From NCBI GenBank assembly GCA_963667255.1, contig OY762940.1, positions 1,248,001-1,312,000 on the forward strand: DNA of 64,000 nucleotides, given 5' to 3'. A model generated the notes under the pieces. That model had not been told where the DNA came from and made no database searches. It was given only the letters and a program-made list of their open reading frames with translations. Shown in pieces: positions 54,037-64,000 of the stretch (position 1 is its first letter; each line of letters begins with the position of its first letter). This stretch comes from Candidatus Cloacimonadota bacterium. Its GTDB lineage: Bacteria; Cloacimonadota; Cloacimonadia; G963667145. The translations under genes and the position numbers were made by a program.

Positions 54037-55356
54037 TCAACAACCTACACAACTATAGTCGAAAAGCTCTTTCGCCATCGCATCTTTCCAATAGACATTT
54101 CGCAAATCGAAAAAATGCTTTCCTTTCATTAAATCGGCAATTTTTTGCAAATCCATCCCTCTGAATTGATTCCATTCGGTTACCAAAACTAAAGCATCAG
54201 TGCCCTCGGCAGCGTCATATCCGTTTGCACAATACTTTATGCTTTTCGCACAATCTTCCAACCGCCACTTCGCTTCTTCCATTCCTTCGGGGCAGTAAGC
54301 TCTGATTTTCGCTCCATTTTCCACTAACCCCTTAACAATATCCAAAGAAGGTGCGTCCCGCATATCATCAGTTTCCGGCTTAAAAGACAATCCCAAAATT
54401 CCAAAAGTCATTCCTTTCACTGAGCCCATTTTGTTGAGAATCTTCTCCACCATCCTCTTTTTCTGCTTTTCGTTCGCCTCTATAGCAGCCTCTATCACAC
54501 AAAGCTTTTCTCCGTTTCGCTTAGCAACATCAACTATCGCCTTAGTATCTTTGGGAAAACAAGAACCTCCAAATCCCGGTCCGGCATGCAAAAATTTGGG
54601 CGAAATTCTTCCATCCATTCCCATAGCTTTGGAAATTTCTTGGATATTAGCCCCAATCTTTTCAGACAACAAAGCCATCTCGTTTATAAAGGAGATTTTT
54701 ACAGCCAAAAAAGCGTTCGAAGCATACTTAATCATCTCGGCAGACTCCAACCCAGTGAAAACAAAAGGAGTCTTATTCAGATAAAGAACCCTATAAACAT
54801 TTTTCATTACCTCTTTGGCTTTTTCGCTATCCGACCCAATTACAATTCTATCCGGCAGCATACAATCGCCGATTGCTTTGCCTTCACGCAAAAATTCAGG
54901 GTTAGAGACAACATCAAAATCAAAATTAACGCCTCTATTGTCCAGCTCTTTACGGATGGCATCTGCAACCATTCTGCCTGTTCCGACCGGCACTGTCGAT
55001 TTATCAACCACTACCTTGTATCCATTTATATGCTTCCCAATCTCCTTGGCAACGGAAAGAACATACTGCAAATCAGCCGACCCGTCTTCCTTCGGCGGGG
55101 TCCCCACTGCAATAAAAATAACATCAGAATTTTCGACCGTCTTCTTTATATCAGTTGTAAAAGTAATTCGACCAGACTTCCGCACCTTTTCCACCAACTC
55201 ACGAAGTCCTGGCTCATAGATAGGAACTTCACCCCTCAGCAACATACCAATCTTCTCTTTATTGGTATCCATGCAGATAACATTAAGCCCAAAATCGGAC
55301 AAAACCACTCCTTGCACAAGCCCAACATATCCAGTTCCAACCACGGAAATATTCAT
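54037..55356 (-). CDS. ugd: UDP-glucose 6-dehydrogenase
   Basis: GTGYVGL, KSTVPVGT, NPEFLREG, GFGGSCFPKD, FKPETDD.R. Confidence 0.95.
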   Translation of the reverse strand: MNISVVGTGYVGLVQGVVLSDFGLNVICMDTNKEKIGMLLRGEVPIYEPGLRELVEKVRKSGRITFTTDIKKTVENSDVIFIAVGTPPKEDGSADLQYVLSVAKEIGKHINGYKVVVDKSTVPVGTGRMVADAIRKELDNRGVNFDFDVVSNPEFLREGKAIGDCMLPDRIVIGSDSEKAKEVMKNVYRVLYLNKTPFVFTGLESAEMIKYASNAFLAVKISFINEMALLSEKIGANIQEISKAMGMDGRISPKFLHAGPGFGGSCFPKDTKAIVDVAKRNGEKLCVIEAAIEANEKQKKRMVEKILNKMGSVKGMTFGILGLSFKPETDDMRDAPSLDIVKGLVENGAKIRAYCPEGMEEAKWRLEDCAKSIKYCANGYDAAEGTDALVLVTEWNQFRGMDLQKIADLMKGKHFFDLRNVYWKDAMAKELFDYSCVGC

Positions 55357-55357
55357 C

Positions 55358-57205
55358 CTAACATTCTCCTTTTTTTGCAAAACTATACTCAGGTAAAATT
55401 TGTTCTACCAATTCCCTAATTTCCAAATCAATTTTTTCGACCGCCGCTTTCCGCAATTTCTCAAAACATTCTTGATCGATTTCTCGCGGTTCTTTCGACA
55501 ATACCAAATTAATTTTCGGATTGGAAGTAGGCGTTAAATCTTCAAATTTTGCATTCAGTTCTTCATAAAGTTTTTCCCCGGGTCGCAAACCGATATACTC
55601 TATTTCAATATCTTTCCCCGGAACATAGCCAAAAAATTCAATCATCTCGCGGGCAATTTTATCAATTTTTATTTGTTTACCCATATCCAAAACAAAAATA
55701 TCTTTCCCCTTGTTCAAGCAAGCTGCCTGAAGGACAAGCAAAGAAGCCTCGGGAATAGTCATAAAATACCTAACAATATCCGGATGTGTCACCGTAACGG
55801 GACCTCCATGAGCAATCTGCTTCTCAAATAGAGGAATAACACTGCCTACGCTCCCAAGAACATTGCCAAATCTAACCACGGAAAAAGCCGTTTTCCCGTT
55901 ATTTTTATTTAAAATAACCAACTCAGCCAACTTTTTGGAAGCACCCATAATACTCGTAGGATTCACAGCTTTATCCGTCGATATCAAAATAAATTTTTCC
56001 ACTGCAAATTCTGCGGACACACCAGCAAGAGTCTCCGTCCCAAAAGTGTTATTCTCTATCGCTTTCCACGGTTGCAACTCCATCATGGGAACATGCTTGT
56101 ATGCCGCAGCATGAAACACAATTTCCGGAGTGTATTTGGCAAAGATTTTTTGCAAGTGAACCTTATCTTTTACATCCCCTATAATCGGCACTATATCCAA
56201 ATACGGCATATTATTGGACAACTCCATATCAATGTGATACAGTGGAGATTCGGCAACATCGAAAAGCAAAAGTTTTCTCGGCTTAAAGTTCGCAATCTGC
56301 CTACACAATTCTGAGCCGATAGAGCCACCTGCTCCAGTCACCAAAACGATTTTATCGCTAATCACTTGTGAAACAGTTTTGGAGTCTAAGGAAACTTCAC
56401 TTCGACCCAAAATATCCTCATAAGACAATTTTCTGGCAGAATCTATACCAACTTTTTTGCTTATTATCTCAGTTATGCTAGGAATAATCCGATATCTGAT
56501 TTCAGCCGATTTGCACTTATCGATGATTTTTTTAAATTCACATTTAGTCGCAGAAGGAGTAGCCACTATCAATTCGTCTATCATCATGTCTTTGACTATT
56601 TTTTTCACCATACTTATGCTACCCAAAACAGGAATACCATGAATCTTATGTCCTATTTTGTCTCGGTCATCATCCAATAAACCAACAACATGGTAAGACA
56701 AACCTCTGCTTTTTAGCACATCTCGAAGAATTTTCTCTCCGGCATTCCCTGCTCCCAAAATCAAAATTCTTTTGACATTTGAAGAATAATCACCTTTTAT
56801 GAAGTATTCAAAATAAATTCTGGCAGAAATCCGAGAACTACCTAACACCATAATACCCAAAACAAAATCTATAATAATGGCTGAGCGAGAAAGAAAAAAA
56901 TTGTGGATTGGTAAATGAGCAATGAAAAGTGTAAGAATAAAAGCCAATATAGTAGCTTTGAGTAAATTTAATAAATCCTTAATCCCCGTATATCGCCACA
57001 TCCCGCTGTATAAATCGAACTTGAAAAGGAAAATTAACTTAATCAAAAGGACAACAGGCAGTCCAACAAGTATAGTCCTAATATTGCTAACCAAATAGTC
57101 TAAATCCATCCTAATCCAATAAGATGCACAAAACCCTACGGACAATCCAATAATGTCAACTAACAACAAAATCCAAAAATTTCGTTTTAAATATTTTTTC
57201 GGCAT
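55358..57205 (-). CDS. Membrane-bound nucleoside-diphosphate sugar 4,6-dehydratase (CapD/PglF family)
   Basis: 4 TM helices, GAG.AG, TGAGGSIGSELC, HAAAYKHVP, STDKAVNP..MGASK, RFGNVLGS, GLRPGEKLYEEL. Confidence 0.95.
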   Translation of the reverse strand: MPKKYLKRNFWILLLVDIIGLSVGFCASYWIRMDLDYLVSNIRTILVGLPVVLLIKLIFLFKFDLYSGMWRYTGIKDLLNLLKATILAFILTLFIAHLPIHNFFLSRSAIIIDFVLGIMVLGSSRISARIYFEYFIKGDYSSNVKRILILGAGNAGEKILRDVLKSRGLSYHVVGLLDDDRDKIGHKIHGIPVLGSISMVKKIVKDMMIDELIVATPSATKCEFKKIIDKCKSAEIRYRIIPSITEIISKKVGIDSARKLSYEDILGRSEVSLDSKTVSQVISDKIVLVTGAGGSIGSELCRQIANFKPRKLLLFDVAESPLYHIDMELSNNMPYLDIVPIIGDVKDKVHLQKIFAKYTPEIVFHAAAYKHVPMMELQPWKAIENNTFGTETLAGVSAEFAVEKFILISTDKAVNPTSIMGASKKLAELVILNKNNGKTAFSVVRFGNVLGSVGSVIPLFEKQIAHGGPVTVTHPDIVRYFMTIPEASLLVLQAACLNKGKDIFVLDMGKQIKIDKIAREMIEFFGYVPGKDIEIEYIGLRPGEKLYEELNAKFEDLTPTSNPKINLVLSKEPREIDQECFEKLRKAAVEKIDLEIRELVEQILPEYSFAKKGEC

Positions 57206-57369
57206 ATATCATCTTCTTTTTTGCACATAAGAACTGCACAAATTTTCTATTTTTAAAATTTAAACATTACCATCACTAAAAAAAAAACTGTCTCGTCAAG
57301 AAGAGAATAAATAAATATTGACAACAGAATACTGTTTTTCCCTTTTAGAAGGCAGATTACTTTTATTAA

Positions 57370-58683
<1,314 letters not shown>

Positions 58684-58698
58684 ATCATTTGCTGTAAT

Positions 58699-58733
58699 AA
58701 AACCCTTGTTTCATCATCTGAAACAGGGGTTTT
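58699..58733 (+). terminator. Intrinsic terminator after eno
   Basis: AAAACCCTTGTTTCA/TGAAACAGGGGTTTT. Confidence 0.85.
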
Positions 58734-58814
58734 TGTTTTTCAAAATTTCCCTTTACAAAATACAAGCTCATCAATTTCTATCGTTACCGAAAACTATCGT
58801 AGGAGTATAAGTTT

Positions 58815-61379
58815 ATGGAGTATCCTTTTATTGACATCGAAAAAAAATGGCAAAAGATTTGGGCTGAGAGAAAAATTTTCGAATCCGAAGACGAAAGCAA
58901 AAAAGAGAAAAAATATATCTTGTCTATGTTCCCTTATCCATCGGGAGACCTCCATATGGGACATATTTCCAACTATTCCATCGGTGATGCCTTGTCTCGA
59001 TTTTACATGCAATCCGGCTACAATGTGATGCAACCGATGGGCTACGACTCTTTCGGAATGCCGGCGGAAAATTTCGCTATCCAACACAACTCACATCCGA
59101 GAATTACCACCGAAGAAAACATCGCCAAGATGAAAAAACAGTTGATCGCTATGGGATTCGGACTTGATTGGTCTCGTGAACTCTCTACCTGCCGACCGGA
59201 CTACTACAAATGGGGGCAATGGCTTTTCAAAAAGATGTATGGAAAAGGATTGGTTTACAAAAAAAAATCTTTTGTGAATTGGTGTCCCGACTGCTCCACC
59301 GTCTTGGCTAACGAGCAAGTAGTGGAAGGAAAGTGCTGGCGTTGCGATGCTGTAGTCGTGCAAAAAGAGCTGGAACAATGGTTTGCCAAAATAACCGACT
59401 ACGCAGAAGAACTCTTGGACGACAGCGACCTTATCGATTGGCCGGACAAGGTGAAGCTGATGCAAAAAAACTGGATTGGCAAAAGCACCGGTGTTACTAT
59501 CGATTTTATTTACGACAACCAAAAACTCCCCGTTTTCACCACCAGACCGGACACGCTGTTCGGAGTGACTTTTATGGCTATCGCTCCCGAACACACTCTT
59601 ACTCAACAATTTTTGCAAGAAGAGGGCGAAAACTCCGAACTTTACAAATTTTGCCAAAAAGTCCTAAACCAAGACAACACCTTGCGAACCGCTGATGACA
59701 AAGAAAAAGAAGGGATTTTTACCGGAAAATACTGTGTCAATCCGGTCAATGGCGAAAAAGTCGAAATTTGGGTGACAAATTATGTGTTGATGGACTACGG
59801 AACCGGTGCTGTAATGGCTGTTCCCGCTCACGATACCAGAGACTTTCAGTTTGCCAAAAAATACGGTATCAAAGTCAAAGTGGTCGTCCAAAATGAAGAT
59901 AAAACTCTCGATGCAGCCACTATGACCGATGCTTTCACAGATGACGGAACTATGGTCAATTCCAAGCAATTTGACGGTCTGGACAATCGTGATTGCCTAA
60001 ACAAAATCGCCGACTGGATAGACGAAGAAAAAATGGGACAAAAAAGCATCAACTACAAAATTCGCGATTGGGGTTTGTCTCGTCAACGCTATTGGGGCAA
60101 TCCTATCCCTGTTGTTTATTGCCCGAAATGTGGGATACAACTGGTTCCTGATGACCAGCTACCGGTTTTACTCCCCGATGATATCCAAGTAGGTAAAACC
60201 AAGCAAAATCCGCTATTGTCTGCAACTGACTGGCTGAAAACAACTTGCCCGAAATGTGGCGGAGAAGCAACCAGAGAAACCGACACGATGGACACCTTCG
60301 TTGACTCATCTTGGTATTTTGCCCGCTACTGCGATGCCCACAACGACTCTATTCCTTTCGCCAAAAAGAAAGCCAATTACTGGCTTCCAGTCGACCAATA
60401 CATCGGCGGAATAGAGCACGCTGTCCTGCATCTCTTGTATGCTCGCTTTTTTCACAAATTTATGCGTGATATCGGACTTGTGGATTGCAACGAGCCTTTC
60501 TCCAGACTTCTCACACAAGGCATGGTCTGTATGGCAAGCTACAAATGCCCGAAAGACGGATACCTCTTCCCCAAAGATGTTGCCATTGACGGCGAAAAAG
60601 CTACATGCCTCATCTGTAACTCTCCCGTAGAAATCGGTGGTGTGGAAAAGATGAGCAAGTCCAAAAAGAATGTGGTTAATCCCAACGACTATCTGCTACG
60701 ATACGGAGCTGACACCTTGAGAACCTTCGTTTTGTTCGCATCTCCACCCGAAAAAGATGTAGATTGGAACGACAAAGCTGTTGGCGGAGCTTTCAGATTT
60801 CTGAACAGAATATACAAAATTTTCTTGAAAAACAAAGATTTCTTGAAAAACGATTATAGTGGCACTGGCGAAATCTCTCCAGAATATAAAGAGTTGCGAT
60901 TTTCCAACCATTTCACTATCAAAAAAGCTATCGGCTATGTGCAAGACAGATTGCAGTTCAACACCGCCATTGCTGCTGTGATGGAACATTTGAACAATCT
61001 TGCAAGTGCCAAAAAACCCACATCCGATGCGGAAAAATCGATTTACAAAGAGGCTCACTTATTAATTCCCCAGATTATCTATCCATTTGCTCCTCATCTC
61101 TGCGAAGAGATTTGGGAGATGGTCGGCAAACAAAAATTGTTGCACGAATCGGGACTGCCGACTTATGATGAAAAATTTTTGGTTAAAAACGAAGTTACTT
61201 TGGTAGTGCAAGTGATGGGGAAAATTCGCGGAAGAATAGAAATAGAAGCCAACGCTCCCAAAGAGATAGTTTTGCAAAAAGCCAAAGAATTGGATAATGT
61301 GCAAAAGTTTTTGGAGAACAAAACAATTCTAAAAGAGATTCTCATCCCCGAGAAACTTGTTAACTTTGTGATTAAATAA
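58815..61379 (+). CDS. leuS: Leucine--tRNA ligase
   Basis: MFPYPSG.LHMGH, FTTRPDT, GTGAVMAVPAHD, SRQRYWG, KMSKS. Confidence 0.98.
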   Translation: MEYPFIDIEKKWQKIWAERKIFESEDESKKEKKYILSMFPYPSGDLHMGHISNYSIGDALSRFYMQSGYNVMQPMGYDSFGMPAENFAIQHNSHPRITTEENIAKMKKQLIAMGFGLDWSRELSTCRPDYYKWGQWLFKKMYGKGLVYKKKSFVNWCPDCSTVLANEQVVEGKCWRCDAVVVQKELEQWFAKITDYAEELLDDSDLIDWPDKVKLMQKNWIGKSTGVTIDFIYDNQKLPVFTTRPDTLFGVTFMAIAPEHTLTQQFLQEEGENSELYKFCQKVLNQDNTLRTADDKEKEGIFTGKYCVNPVNGEKVEIWVTNYVLMDYGTGAVMAVPAHDTRDFQFAKKYGIKVKVVVQNEDKTLDAATMTDAFTDDGTMVNSKQFDGLDNRDCLNKIADWIDEEKMGQKSINYKIRDWGLSRQRYWGNPIPVVYCPKCGIQLVPDDQLPVLLPDDIQVGKTKQNPLLSATDWLKTTCPKCGGEATRETDTMDTFVDSSWYFARYCDAHNDSIPFAKKKANYWLPVDQYIGGIEHAVLHLLYARFFHKFMRDIGLVDCNEPFSRLLTQGMVCMASYKCPKDGYLFPKDVAIDGEKATCLICNSPVEIGGVEKMSKSKKNVVNPNDYLLRYGADTLRTFVLFASPPEKDVDWNDKAVGGAFRFLNRIYKIFLKNKDFLKNDYSGTGEISPEYKELRFSNHFTIKKAIGYVQDRLQFNTAIAAVMEHLNNLASAKKPTSDAEKSIYKEAHLLIPQIIYPFAPHLCEEIWEMVGKQKLLHESGLPTYDEKFLVKNEVTLVVQVMGKIRGRIEIEANAPKEIVLQKAKELDNVQKFLENKTILKEILIPEKLVNFVIK

Positions 61380-61394
61380 AAATCTCTTCGGAAG

Positions 61395-62108
61395 TTGAAA
61401 AATCTAATCGGCAAAATTGCCAGAGCAGTTAAAGATTATGATATGGTTACGGATGGTAGCACCATTGGTGTTGCCGTCTCTGGCGGAAAAGACAGTGTAG
61501 CTTTGTTATATCTGCTTAGCCAGTTGCAAAAATCTTGGCAATTTGACCTCTACCCCATTCATGCCAAAGTCGCTGAATACGACACGACTCCTGTCAAAAA
61601 CTTGTGCGAAGAGTTGAATTTGCCCTATACAGAGCTTGATGTCAAAATGGATTACGGCAAATTTTCCAAAAAAGAGTGCTACATTTGTTCACGATTTATC
61701 AAAGGATTTATCACGGAGCATTTACGAGGAAAAAACATAAGCCGAATCGCTTTCGGACACCACGCAGACGATGTTGCCGCCACATTCTTTATTAACCTTG
61801 TCCAACACAACAAAATCGGTGCTTTTTTGCCTGTGCTTACCAATACAAAATCAGGTGTTGACACAATTCGCCCCCTGATATATTTGCGGGAAAAAGAGTT
61901 GGAGAGCCTTGTTTCAAGGCACAATTTGCCTTTGATTGACTACAAATGCCCTTATGCAAAGGACAATAATAGAATGGAATTAAGTAAAAATATTAACGAG
62001 ATAGAGAAAATTTTAGATTGTAAAAACTTGCCTGAAAAAATCTACAAATCTTTGCAATCTCCCCAAAAAAGTGAATTTTGGAATATAGATAAATTTGGAG
62101 ACGAATAA
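61395..62108 (+). CDS. TtcA-family PP-loop tRNA thiolation protein
   Basis: SGGKDS PP-loop, CYICSR, GHHADD, IRPL; TTG start. Confidence 0.8.
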   Translation: MKNLIGKIARAVKDYDMVTDGSTIGVAVSGGKDSVALLYLLSQLQKSWQFDLYPIHAKVAEYDTTPVKNLCEELNLPYTELDVKMDYGKFSKKECYICSRFIKGFITEHLRGKNISRIAFGHHADDVAATFFINLVQHNKIGAFLPVLTNTKSGVDTIRPLIYLREKELESLVSRHNLPLIDYKCPYAKDNNRMELSKNINEIEKILDCKNLPEKIYKSLQSPQKSEFWNIDKFGDE

Positions 62109-63124
62109 TGAGTATCAGTTGCCTGCGATTAGTAAATGGCGAACTTTTCTTGATAGACCAACGAAAATTGCCGAGAAAATATACAGAATTTAAATGCGAA
62201 AGCTATTTGGATGTGATTTACGCAATCTCCGAAATGGTCGTGCGAGGAGCTCCGGCAATCGGTGCTGTGGCTGCATACGGAGTTTGGCTCGCTGCCAAAG
62301 AGTTTGAAAATTCCTGCAATTTTAGCAAAGAGATAAGAAAAGCAAAGAAAAAAATCGATGCTTCCAGACCAACTGCTGTCAATCTCGTGTGGGCAACGAA
62401 CCGAATGGTTTCCATCATTGACGAAAACCTAACCAACGAGGAAAACTGCCGAAACCTGAAATCCGAAGCCGACAAAATCGCCGAAGAAGACATCGCCATA
62501 AACAAAAAAATGGGCGAAAACGGTGCTGAAATCGTTCCGCAGAAAGCAACAATCTTAACTCACTGCAATACTGGAGCATTGGCAACCGTAGGTCACGGAA
62601 CCGCTTTAGGAGTAATTCGCTCCGCAATCGCCCAAGGCAAAGAGATTTTCGTTTACGCCGATGAAACTCGCCCACGACTGCAAGGAGCTCGCCTAACCGC
62701 ATGGGAACTTGTCCAAGACAAAATCCCCTCTTGCCTCATTGCCGACAGCGTAGCCGCCACTCTGATAAGAGACGGGAAAATCGACCTTATCTTGGTCGGA
62801 GCAGACCGCATCGTAGCGAACGGCGACACCGCCAACAAAATCGGCACTTTTATGCTCAGCGTGCTGGCAAAAACCTATGGTATCCCTTTCTATGTTGTCG
62901 CTCCCACTTCCACTATTGACTTAAATACACCTACCGGAAGCGAAATCGAAATCGAAGAACGCTGCGACAACGAAGTAAGTTTCGTCTTCGGCAAGCAAGT
63001 CGCCCCTCTAGAGATGCAAATTTACAATCCTGCTTTTGATGTAACACCAGCGGAAAACATAACTGGCATTATCACGGAGAAAGGAATTATCAACTATCCA
63101 TATATAAATAAACTAAATTTATAA
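62108..63124 (+). CDS. mtnA: Methylthioribose-1-phosphate isomerase
   Basis: DQR.LP, M.VRGAPAIG, RPTAVNL, THCNTG.LAT, ETRP.LQGARLTAWEL, GADR, NKIGT. Confidence 0.95.
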   Translation: MSISCLRLVNGELFLIDQRKLPRKYTEFKCESYLDVIYAISEMVVRGAPAIGAVAAYGVWLAAKEFENSCNFSKEIRKAKKKIDASRPTAVNLVWATNRMVSIIDENLTNEENCRNLKSEADKIAEEDIAINKKMGENGAEIVPQKATILTHCNTGALATVGHGTALGVIRSAIAQGKEIFVYADETRPRLQGARLTAWELVQDKIPSCLIADSVAATLIRDGKIDLILVGADRIVANGDTANKIGTFMLSVLAKTYGIPFYVVAPTSTIDLNTPTGSEIEIEERCDNEVSFVFGKQVAPLEMQIYNPAFDVTPAENITGIITEKGIINYPYINKLNL

Positions 63125-63170
63125 TTGACTTTCTTTCTAAAAATTGAAGTTAAGGTCGTAAGGAGAAACT

Positions 63171-63545
63171 ATGAAAAAGATTATCACTTTTATTATTCTA
63201 TGCACCCTGATGGGGTTAACAGGCTGTGCTAACAGAGTTACGGGCTTCACTTTTGTCTCAACCAAAAATTTTAATCCCAACACTGAATTTGCTTCTATTG
63301 GCAAAGTTGCTGGCTCAGACTCAAAAAATATCATTATGGTTATTCCCACAGGAAATCCAAAATTAGAAGAAGCGATAGATAACGCAATAGAATCAGCACC
63401 TGGTTGTTGTGCTCTATCCGATGTAAAAGTCTATAGAATCTTTTTTTATATTCCATTCATCTATGGTAAATACGGCTGGGCTGTAGAAGGCACAGCTATG
63501 AAAGAAAGAATACCGGTAGTTACAGATAGCGTAGGAATATTTTAA
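63171..63545 (+). CDS. Hypothetical lipoprotein
   Basis: SD AAGGAG, LTGC lipobox; ..GSD...I..IPTG.P..EEAID.A, CC pair. Confidence 0.75.
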   Translation: MKKIITFIILCTLMGLTGCANRVTGFTFVSTKNFNPNTEFASIGKVAGSDSKNIIMVIPTGNPKLEEAIDNAIESAPGCCALSDVKVYRIFFYIPFIYGKYGWAVEGTAMKERIPVVTDSVGIF

Positions 63546-63586
63546 TCAAATAAAATTGAACAAAATATAAAATAAGGAGAAAAAGA

Positions 63587-63880
63587 ATGAAAAAATTCAT
63601 TTTAATGTTAGTACTTGTAGTGTTCACGCTACAAATGATCGGATGTGCATCACACATTCATACAGTAGGTAACGGACCCCAAAAGAATGAAACCACAAAA
63701 AAATGGCAATGGTATGCTTTATGGGGATTAGTTCCTGTAAATGAAGTTAATACTGAACAAATGGCAGCAAACAGCAATGACTATCAAATCAAAACTGAAT
63801 ATAAATTCTCAAATGTACTTGTAAATATGTTTGGTACTTATCTTAGTTTGCATACCCGTTCAGTAGAAGTTACAAAATAA
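63587..63880 (+). CDS. Bor/Iss-like lipoprotein
   Basis: MIGC lipobox, H.H.VG.G, WY.LWGL.P, N......L....R.VEV. Confidence 0.7.
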   Translation: MKKFILMLVLVVFTLQMIGCASHIHTVGNGPQKNETTKKWQWYALWGLVPVNEVNTEQMAANSNDYQIKTEYKFSNVLVNMFGTYLSLHTRSVEVTK

Positions 63881-63894
63881 TCTAAACAAAAATT

Positions 63895-63921
63895 AAAAAA
63901 GGGAGAAAATTTTTCTCCCTT
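63895..63921. terminator. Hairpin terminator, possibly bidirectional
   Basis: A6-GGGAGAAA-ATT-TTTCTCCC-TT. Confidence 0.7.
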
Positions 63922-64000
63922 CTCATTTTCAGATAAACATAATGCTTTTAAAATGTCAAATATGATACATTCTTTTCAAATAAGTAGATTTTTTCTTCAA

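Overview
A 64 kb stretch of core chromosome from an AT-rich, diderm, probably anaerobic amino-acid-fermenting bacterium. It carries kdsA, beta-barrel OMPs, a Na+-pumping decarboxylase, two glutamate dehydrogenases, Rex and a phosphate butyryltransferase-like gene; a Cloacimonadota-like lineage is my inference only. It is densely packed with about 55 housekeeping or metabolic CDS in short, shuffled operons and two tRNAs (Glu-CTC, Lys-CTT). I see no transposase, integrase, phage gene, reverse transcriptase or CRISPR array. Elements not in the ORF track: the 5' end of pgk, a 31-aa bS22/mS38-type ribosomal protein gene, a CIRCE element before a groES-less groEL, and a SAM-II-type riboswitch pseudoknot covering the metK ribosome-binding site. 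The most interesting observations: (i) the SAM-II-type riboswitch, plus a terminator-like hairpin inside the 5' coding region of the aroK gene coupled to metK; (ii) an in-frame internal SD+ATG in oadA that could release a free biotin-carrier protein; (iii) a Mo-subunit/FAD-subunit fusion molybdo-flavoenzyme operon ending in a nitroreductase; (iv) tandem NADP-type and NAD-type gdh paralogues with signs of gene conversion and a structured leader before the second; (v) promoters with near-invariant TTGACA and no recognisable TATAAT. All calls come from motif recognition by eye; no database search was run.
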